A DNA stretch of 64,000 bases. It comes from Takakia lepidozioides (Eukaryota; Plantae; Bryophyta). Of the stretch, positions 54,901 through 64,000 are shown in pieces; position 1 is the stretch's first letter, and every line of letters begins with the position of its first letter. Position numbers and translations under genes: made by a program. The DNA lies in NCBI GenBank assembly GCA_030704615.1, contig CM060734.1, positions 52,266,001 to 52,330,000 of the forward strand, in the 5' to 3' direction. A model generated the notes under the pieces. The model did not search any database. It worked only from the letters and a program-made list of their open reading frames with translations, and had not been told where the DNA came from.

Positions 54901-57108
54901 TCCAGTTAAACCCACTGTCAGATTCCCTCTTGCAGGTGGTGGATGAGGATTTTGTAAAGCAGAAGCATTTGCTGACTGGACACCAAAAGCCAGTGTCATT
55001 TGTAGCATGGAGCCCTGACGATACCATGCTCCTGACATGTGGCAATGAAGAAACTGTCAAACTCTGGGATGCTTGCACTGGTGAGTGCAAGCACACCTTT
55101 GATAAGCCCAACAGCTGCTTCACATCATGTGCATGGTTCCCAGATGGCCGGCGTTTTGTTACTGGCGGAGGTGACAAGTGTATTTACATGTGGGATCTAG
55201 AGGTACAAGGCTGACACTGTCTCCCACTACCTCCCTCCTTCCCTCTTTTCCAATCTGTCTGCTCTATCGAAAGCATGGAGTCTACTCGTCTATACCATAG
55301 TGTTGTGCAGTCATGCAGTCTTGTTTCTCTCTAAATTACTTCACCATCTAAGGTAATTGTATTTCAGTATATGCATGGACGAGAATTCTTCCAGCCAGAC
55401 TCATGTTAGGAAAGGTTTCTACTTCTCCTTGGAAACTCCAAAGTTCAAGTTGATAGGAGCTCAAGAGACTTCTGATTTAAGCTGACAATTACCCTATGTT
55501 CTACTGGGAAGATTTCAGGCTTGTGTTGGCTCTCGCATCTAGAAGATTTACTTCAATCCAACCCTTCTTTGGTACATCAGATCATGTGCTGCTCTTCCAA
55601 TGTCGTGTCTCTCAAGACGTGCCCTGATTGTCTCCCAGGGCCGTGAGTTGGAGTCGTGGAAGGGTGCCCGCATGCCCCGTATCAATGATTTGGCCATCAC
55701 TCTTGATGGGAGCCACATGGTAAGCCGTGGGAACCAAGCTCGGTCAAAACACAAGACACTAATCAGTTTTTTAGGTGTCCAGTATGGAGTTGCAAATAGA
55801 TCTGAACGCAGAAATAATCTCTTGTTCCTTTCCCCTATTCATGCCATGTATGCTCAGGGTATGGACTCTCTTCACAAGGTGTGGGGTCAATATCCGGGCA
55901 TGTATATGGGCAATGTTAGTGTAGCAAAATCGAAGTCCTCTGTCAATCGATGGGAAATTGAGGGTGAAGAATTAAGAAAGTCAAGAATGAATGTAGACTG
56001 GTCTTGTTTGTATGTCTTGTCCCTCCCCTTCCCACACTTTCTGACTTGTCCGTTTATCATGTAGGTGAGTATTTGTGCCGACAAGGACATCCGTATCTAC
56101 AACTTGGAGGAAAAATCAGAACGTGTAATAGAGGAGGAAAAGCCTATTACATCACTGTCCGTAAGTAAGGATGGGAGATATCTGTTGGTCAATTTGGTCA
56201 GTCAAGAGATTCACTTGTGGGACATTGCAGCCAACTCAAAACTGCCATTCAAGTACAGAGGGCATAGACAGGGAAGATATGTCATACGATCCTGCTTTGG
56301 TGGGTCCGACCATGCCTTTATTGTCAGTGGCAGTGAGGATTCTCAGGTTAGCTCTACTGATCAATTCCCTTCCATCCTTTCCTTCAACATCACTGGTTTC
56401 CCAAGTTCCAAGCTATTGACAAGCGGCCAGTGCAGTCTTGCCTCATCTTTAACTCCTCCCACTTGGTGCATAGAGATATAAGCTCTGAACCAACAGAATT
56501 ACTGAATACATGAATACATGGTTTGTTCCAACGTAAGGTTGTGACATTTCATGTTGTCAATTTAGGGTAGAGGGTCACTGGAAATGGGTTTTGTATGTTC
56601 TTCTGTGAAAAGTGAACCACCATAACTCTCATGGCTCTTGATCAAAGACATTCTCGTAGATGAATTTGACAGCTTGGGTAGGCCGTAGATATCTCATGTA
56701 TATGTGACAGGAAGACAGGACCTCGAAGAATTTAGTATGTTTCTAACAAGGCTGTGTAAGTACGAGTCAGATTCTATATCAGTGATCTTGCAACAGAAGT
56801 TATGTTCAGTTAGTTATGGAATGTGGGTGATGATGCAGGTGTACATATGGCATAGGGGAAATGGTGAGCTGCTGGAGGTGTTACCAGGTCACTCGGGAAC
56901 TGTGAATAGTGTGAGCTGGAACCCAGTAAACCCCCACATGTTTGCTTCAGCAAGTGATGACCACACTATCCGGATATGGGGATTGAGCAGAAAAGCAGTT
57001 AGAAGTAATAAGGCTGTGGGCTCCTCTAATGGTGTCGACCACCTTGTCAATGGTGGAACACGAGAGCTTTTGGAGAACCTGAGACCTTTTTACTCTGAGA
57101 CCGTTTAG
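51983..57108 (+). CDS. WDR26: WD repeat-containing protein 26 homologue (LisH-CTLH-WD40; CTLH/GID E3 ligase subunit)
   Basis: Exons 51983-52780, 53753-53854, 54936-55202, 55639-55719, 56065-56346 and 56839-57108; motifs [51 protein letters not shown]...[12 protein letters not shown] and [13 protein letters not shown]. Confidence 0.95.
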
Positions 57109-59930
57109 TAGCTCACTGATAGATATATATTTATATATATTGTCTGTATTTAGTAGTCAGTTTGTGGTCTATTCTTTGTGTACATTTAGTTCTCCCACCA
57201 TCGATGTGTGCAAGAAGGATGAGTGGAGAGGAAGACAGTCTTCGAAGGTGCTGCATTCTGGCTTGGGGAATTGTGCAGAACTTCGGATTGCACAACTGGC
57301 TGCCAAGAGTCTTGTGAAGTGTGTTCTCGTTGCGAATGAATGGGGCATCCCCCCCCCTTTGTCATCCGAAAAATGGTCATCAATGCTGGAGGAAAATGTA
57401 AATCGAGCCTAAACCCTAGCTCCTGTGTCAACCATCAATGTGTCTCAGCATGTGCATGCTGCCAATCAGTCTGAGATAGTTAGCCTTTGTTATTTGACAG
57501 CAGCGGCAGAGTTCCCCAGTTGTTGTCAGGCAACTGGGTGAGCAGGTACCAAGCAGTCATTTGGGCAATCATTGGAAATCTGTCATGTATGTACTCCAGG
57601 GGCTAGGTGGAGCACCATGTGTCAAACTCTTTCAATTGCTAACCTCGTGCCTCTTGTGATTTCCATTTCCTGCTACCCTGTTTGTTTACTGGGATGCTAG
57701 ACTGTTATGGTGTAGGTGGTTTGTTTGTAGGCAGATCTTAATATGGTTTAATTTCTGTTGAGCCTTGAGTCATGGCGGTATGTCTGAACTTGTTTTCTAG
57801 TTTCAGATGTCATCCAGAGTCATGCATTGTATTCACCTATATAACGTCTGAACGATGAAGGTAAGGGATTCTTTGCCAGATTTTTCGACCTAAGATAATA
57901 TACGTAACACTGAACGGAAATCTGAAGGGTGAGTCTATGAGGAGCGGGAAATGCATATGATCACATTGATCAAGAGAGATGGTTGTGGGATGGTCTAAAA
58001 TTGTGTTCATTGGCTTTACTATATGACACCTTTGTTGTGAGATGTTATGTAGTAATCTTATATATCATCTGAGGTGTTGCTTTGTGTGTCACTAGAGAGC
58101 TTGAGACATTAAAAGGTTGTGGACAGGCCGAACCCATAACTACTTGCAGCTTGCTCATGTTCTCTTTCTGTATGCTTGTGATCGTTGCCTAGGATCAGGT
58201 CTTCTACCTGTTGTGGGTATGTGGTCTGGCTTTGTTGCGAAGTTATATTGGCTATCTTCCTGCCATTCAGCTCAGGTTAGTGGGACTAGACCAGATGTTG
58301 CAGTTGCAGCATTCAAATTCTGTCTGTTGGGAAGCATAGAATGAAGATAAATTAATGAAATCAGATAATTTGAAAAAACCTGTTTGGTGCTGGAATCTTT
58401 GGTGAACGTCCCATACTATTAGAGTAGACATCACAACAAAAAGACTTTCAGACATGATGCTATCAGACAATGTAATATTGCAAGTTGTGTATTCTATTGA
58501 TTCTCTATTGAGAATGGAAGTGTACTTTTTATTGACTTTCCTTTGAGAATGGAAGTTTGGGATAAGTAATCTGGTCTCAACACAGGTATCTTTGTCAAAG
58601 CTGTCTAAAGGCGCACATTTCATTAAGACATTAATTCAGCACAATCTACCAATGTGCTTGGCACTTTTCAAGCTTAAATTCTTGGATTTGAACAAGATTG
58701 CAAGGTTGCAAGACTTATAGACACTGTGGCAAGTGGTGTAGTGCCGACCGACACTGCAAGACTTTTTCACACTGGACATTCCCTCCTCCAGGCCTAGAAC
58801 GCCCGAAGGACTATCCCCTGCCACATCAATGTCCAGTGCAGCACTCCCGTCTGACACAAGCACAAGATACAACCCAGGTTGTTAACTTACCCGAGAACTT
58901 GGTCCCAACAGCGTAAGATTCAATAAAAATTCATTACCAGATGACTCAAAAGCATCTCCCTTGAGGCAACATGAAGCCTCAAAATCTCTGCGCAGTGAGA
59001 CTCATCAAATGGAAAAAATCCCATGTTAACTATACACTAGGCGCTCTGATTGAAAGATTGAAAGGTGCCACTACGCCTAGACTTGTACTAAGTTAGGAAA
59101 CAATAAATTGGCTTTATAATCTAGTTAGTGTAACAGCTTAACCATTCTAAACTGAACTAGCTTCACTACCTAGGATTATCATTTATCTCGCCGAGATTGA
59201 AAATGTAGACGTATAGCCACAAGTATAGAACTTCCTTACCAACCCTTTCTGCAGCATGAATCCAAAATTGTTGATCTAATCTGTATACAATCGGAGCATT
59301 ATGTGAGAGGATGATGTTACTACAAGCTTGGCCATAGCTGCTTTGGGGTGGTCCTCTTCCAGTATCTGCCCAACAGCGCCTCCTGTGCTTATCTCCCTGA
59401 GTAATGTTTTCTGTGCAAATGTTAAGGGGTCACTTCGCTCGACACAAAGCAGCATAGGATTCATAGACCGCATCTCAAAAGATGAATTAAGCTCTTCATT
59501 CAGTCTTGCTCGGGCCGTCATTTGACGAGTCCACTTGTACAATACACGCATGTCACACATGCATTCCATCAATGTCACTTGCTCTGAATCCCTTGGAGCT
59601 GTCCCTTGATTTCAATGGGGAAATTTGAGACCCTTTTGAGGTTCGACAAAGTAATGACCTTTTTCGTTCACTCTCAATACTCTTCTCCCTTTGTCTATCA
59701 CCACTTCTTCATGAGGATGTTGAAAGGTCCAGTTACCTGCAAGCTACACAACCTTTCAGAATTATGGTAGCCAATTTTATCACATGGATCCCTCAACAGT
59801 CTTTTGACTCTTCTCTCTGCCCTCACAGTACAACGTGTTCAATATTCTCAGGAAATGGTGGATGAACTGAGTAGCTCCACAGATCAGTGAATGAAGCAAA
59901 ACACTCACAGCTTTCCAGAAAGACATCGTT

Positions 59931-61637
59931 TCACCAGTAATCCCCAACAGAACAAACCCCATCTTCAAAGTGGTGGAAGCGGTTAGCGTCCCGTACAACA
60001 ATTGCTCGGCCAACAATCTTTGAGATGAACTTGATGGAGGTATGGCAGTCACCACACACTCGAAGATTCTTGATGAGACGGAGGGGCGTCCTAGGGACCG
60101 TGCTGATCAGCCCAAAACCAATGGCCAGCTTCTCACTGTGGTGGCACAGAGAAAATTCCTTTTGCTCCTCCCCCACATCATGCAATACAAAGCGTGTGTC
60201 AGGCACATACCCTGCCTCCTCCATCTGTCCAGACAATTTTCTCAGCTCAGCATGGATTTCCTTGATTTCGGGATGCAATTTGTCATCTACAAGAAAGGTG
60301 TGCACCCTGTTGCCAACCTCAATGCAGCAGCGACCTGGCTCCTTCCTAGCCCCTCTGACCTCCATCATTTTTCTCACCTTTGCACTATCGTCCCACCTGC
60401 CAGCCGCAGCATAGATGTTTGATAGCAACACATAAGTCGCGGCATCCCGTTCATCCCACTTGAGAAGAGATGCTGCCGCCCTTTCAGCCATCTCCACATT
60501 GCCATGGATTCTGCAGGCACCAAGCAAGGCATTCTGGCTTGATTGGCATTCTGTTAATGAGGTCCTCTGCCTCATCCAATTGCCCCACACATCCAAGAAG
60601 GTCTATCATGCAGCCAAAGTGTTTTACTGTTGGTGGGACACCATGATCTTGTATCAGGGAATCAAAGTAGCGTCTTCCTTCATCCAATAGGCCATGGCTG
60701 CATGCAGAGAGAATGCATATAAAGGTGATACTGTCCGCCTTCAAGCCTTCTTTTGCATTCCTTCAAATAGTTGCAGGGCCTCCCAATGACAACCATGCTG
60801 GGCATATCCTGCAATCATCACGTTCCAGGACACCACATTACGTTCAGCCATTTTGTCGAACACGCCCTTTGCATCCTCAATGCTCCCACATTTGGCATAC
60901 ATGTCCACCAGGGCAGTGTTCAGAATGACATCTGGTACAATTCCAGCTTTGACGATGTCACCATGGACCTCTCTGCCCTTTTCCAGGGCTGCCAGGCTTG
61001 CACACGCATTGCAAACGCAAACAAGCGTGATTTTGTTGGGCTTCACCCCTTCCTGCACCATTTGCTCATATGTCTCCAAAGCACTCCTACCACACCCATG
61101 CTTGATAAATCCTGCAATCATTATATTCCATGTGATTGAAAATCGTTGAGGCATTCTGTTAAACACTTGGTGAGCATCCAGAATACTCCCACACTTAACA
61201 TACATGTTGACAAGGGTTCCGTGTAGAAAAACGTTTGGCTCGAATCCACTTTGGATAATGTGAGCATGCACCTGCTTTCCAGCTTTCAGGTCTTTCATCT
61301 TGAAGCACTTATGCAAGAGACAGACATAAGTATCTGAATCTGCTGAAATGCCTCCTTTGTTTAATGTCTGTAGAGCCTCTTTCAGTCGGCCTGCCTCACA
61401 TAGCATCTTCACATGCCCAGAAGTGCCAGAAGAGGCATTGAGGACTCCCTCTCTTGGTCCTCTTTTGAAAGCTGTGGTCATGGTCGAGATGCCTGACTTT
61501 ATCACCTGTGCTGCTGCTTCTGCTGCTTCGAGTTGACCATCTACCCATGCAGGTTTCTTATAGCTATCAATCCAGAGAGAATCATAGGTAATCTTGTGCT
61601 TGAAATCCGGCCCTTTTGGATGAATCTGGTCCCACAC
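59931..61637 (-). pseudogene. PLS-class PPR-E-DYW RNA-editing factor, frameshifted
   Basis: PPR motifs (LVNMYVKCGS, NVVSWNVMIAGYAQHG), E domain, PG box (KEPG), HHSEKLA, CGDCH and terminal DYW*. The reading frame is split over three ORFs, with breaks near 60750 and 60530. The start codon is uncertain. Confidence 0.9.
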
Positions 61638-62828
61638 TCCATCCTACTACATCAGCTATCAGGTATAGATCTCGCCTTCCTGCTAGCAGCTGACAATGAC
61701 AGCCTAGATTTGTTCTAGCAAACACCATACCCTACTTATGACACTAGTTCCGATGCTGTACTGCTTCCGAGACTTTGAAGATGTGCTTGGGAGAGAGAGA
61801 TGGCAATTTCCAAAAAGATTTGTACTGCATCTTGTTGTCTGCTTCTCTAACAGGCATTCACCTTTATTCCTCGATTGGCCCACCATTGACTGCGGTTGGA
61901 AAAATATTCATCCCAAAGCTTCTCCTCGTCTTTGTTATTTGTTTTTGGATACTTTCCTGCTGCCACATGGGGAGTAACATGTGAAAATCACCCTAAACCA
62001 TTATTGATCCACCCAACAAGCTCACCTACAGAATTCAACATGAAGAAATTAGGGACGACTCTGTCAAGAGGGCAACAGGCTGAAATGTGTCAAGAAGAAG
62101 GTGCCCTCACCACATTGTCTTTGACCTTGTGTCATGAAAGCAGCTAGCCTTTCTTTCACCCATGGAGGATTCAACCGGCCATCAACCCAAAAGGACCTCT
62201 TCTGTGTGCTTCTTGTGTCTGTAGTGAGGAGAACCACCACGGTGCAGCCAAATGGCTTTAAACTCGGCCTCCTAAGACCCAGGTGACCCGCCCAAGTACC
62301 TCGTAAACACCAGGAAAAATGCGAAATCATTGCACTACCGAGAAGAGCAGGACGGACAAACTTCTTGACATCATACATTAAGAAAGTCACACCTTGCGAT
62401 TCTGGTTGTCCCACCATTCCGCAGGATCTGTAAAATAATCGGGTCAGCTATGCTCCACGCTTCGCAACAGACCTTTGTGCCCGAAAATCCGGCATCATCA
62501 ACATTTTGACAAGTTCCTTAATGGAGTAGTACATTACAGACTCCTTTCCATTATAGCATCAACAGCTTGTCATTTTGAGTTTACAAGAGTAGTACATCAA
62601 GGTGGCCAAATTGATCGATGTAGTGGAGAAAATACCGGTATGTTTGCCACTCGCAATGTTGTGCCGTGTGGAAACGGTTGAGTGCACGCATTACTCCAGC
62701 AGGATTTATCAAACTTCAAACTTCTCCGTTGTGACTTTGTGGGTCAATTTCGTGCGGGGACTTCTTGCAGCACAAGACTTTCTTGCTTGTGCTCCTTGAG
62801 CTCATGTACGTATCTCACACGTCCGGAC

Positions 62829-62950
62829 CAGTGTTGGGCGGTTACCCGCCGGGCCAGGTTAACCGCCGGTTCCGGTTAACTGGAACCGGGCCCATTCCTG
62901 CAGAACCGGAACCTGCCAATGGGGTTAGGCACAGAACCGAAGGGGGGGAG
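62829..62950 (+). mobile_element. Left terminus of a hAT-type element (CAGTGTTGGGCGG family)
   Basis: Same terminus as 2140-2493, followed by AACCG/CGGTT repeats; preceded by GTCCGGAC; no matching right end in the window. Confidence 0.7.
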
Positions 62951-63199
62951 AGAGGCCCCCCAAGGAAAATGGATAATATATATATTTCCTGTGAAATGTA
63001 AAATGGACGACTGAAAAAACGAGAAACGTGATAAGTGTGATGTCATGGATGAACGTCGGAACCCTAACTTGGAAACGAAAGTTACATCGTTCAGCGTAGA
63101 AGGGTGATGACAAAGGCTCCCCCTCCTCCTCTTTGCCTTGCGAGTGTTTTGCTTCTACATCGTGTCTTCAGATCGGTGGTCACTGTCTTTTGAGAGTTG

Positions 63200-63695
63200 G
63201 TGTGGGCCGCAGCTATGGCAGATATTTGTTGGTGCGAATGAGAATGATCGGAGGGTGAATGGCGATTACCATGCACTCATCACATTCTTAGCAGATGGCG
63301 GAGGAAAGGGTAATGGCTTGGGGAGCCTATATGGGAGCAGCAGCACTAATTACAAAGTTTCACGTGTCAAAATCCTAGAGAAATGGACCAGCCAGATTGA
63401 GAAGGTATAGATGCTCACTTATCTCTTGAGAGCCTTGCATGATTGTTTTGCCATTGGGAAGTGCACTGGTGAACATATTGTTTTGGGGCAAGGCTGCATC
63501 TGATTGCCATTCGTGCTCTTGATCACGTTGTCGACTCATCGTGAACTATATCTTATGGCAACTCTTTGAACTTAGTTGTCTCTAAATGTAGTGCAGGATC
63601 TCCCAAGGACATTTCCAGGGCACCCAACGCTTGATGAGGATGGACGAAATACATTACGGCGCTTACTAACAGCCTGTGCCCGCTACAACCCTTAA
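63200..63695 (+). pseudogene. TBC-domain RabGAP gene fragment (two exons with intron)
   Basis: PQLWQIFVG...KWTSQIEK|GT (63404) ... AG|DLPRTFPGHPTLDEDGRNTLRRLLTACARYNP* (63597-63695). The IxxDxxRT motif is present, but it stops before the GYCQ motif. Confidence 0.85.
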
Positions 63696-64000
63696 GATCA
63701 CTCCAAAACCACCATAGATCCACCAACGAGCTACCATGCAGAGTTCAACATCGGAATTTAGGGACGACGCCATGCACTCAAATCTGCCTTTGCAGAACTA
63801 GCAGTAGCCAAAGTAGGTCCCCATTCTTTTTCCTACATAGCCTGTCGTTGAAGTCTGACGCCATGCAATCTGTGCCTGTCACAGAGGGAAGGTCCCCTTT
63901 GGTTGGAGCCAGAGAGAGAGTGAGACACAAATTCACCATTAAGAGAGTCTTGAATAGCCATTTGGATAGAACTACACATAGGGGTCTCCAGCAGGTATTT

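Noticed and set aside
57850-57930. Possible C/D-box snoRNA (GATGA...CTGA); RPL10 introns were also scanned
   Set aside because: Imperfect box C, no terminal stem and no recognisable rRNA guide.

Overview
Nuclear genomic DNA of a land plant, probably seed-free (bryophyte-like; inferred from the gene and transposon types, not proven). Four host genes look intact: a multi-exon fatty acid amide hydrolase (14.5-22.3 kb, minus), a small DUF3339-type membrane protein, ribosomal protein RPL10/uL16 (minus) and, head-to-head with it, a WDR26/GID7-type LisH-CTLH-WD40 gene (plus). There is also a frameshifted PPR-E-DYW RNA-editing factor and intron-containing fragments of mitochondrial Hsp70 and a TBC RabGAP. 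The rest is dense transposon material: nested hAT MITEs with 8-bp TSDs, a TTAA-flanked piggyBac-like MITE, three adjacent long-arm foldback elements, a degenerate hAT transposase, two CACTA right ends, and a near full-length decayed L1-type LINE with the Hsp70 fragment between its ORF1 and ORF2 regions. The most unusual signals are at the RPL10/WDR26 bidirectional locus. RPL10 has its start-codon exon duplicated as a 22-nt frame-shifting cassette micro-exon, and the WDR26 leader can be spliced into a phase-consistent three-exon 104-aa upstream ORF that stops 21 nt before the WDR26 ATG. All exon structures were read by eye and are predictions.
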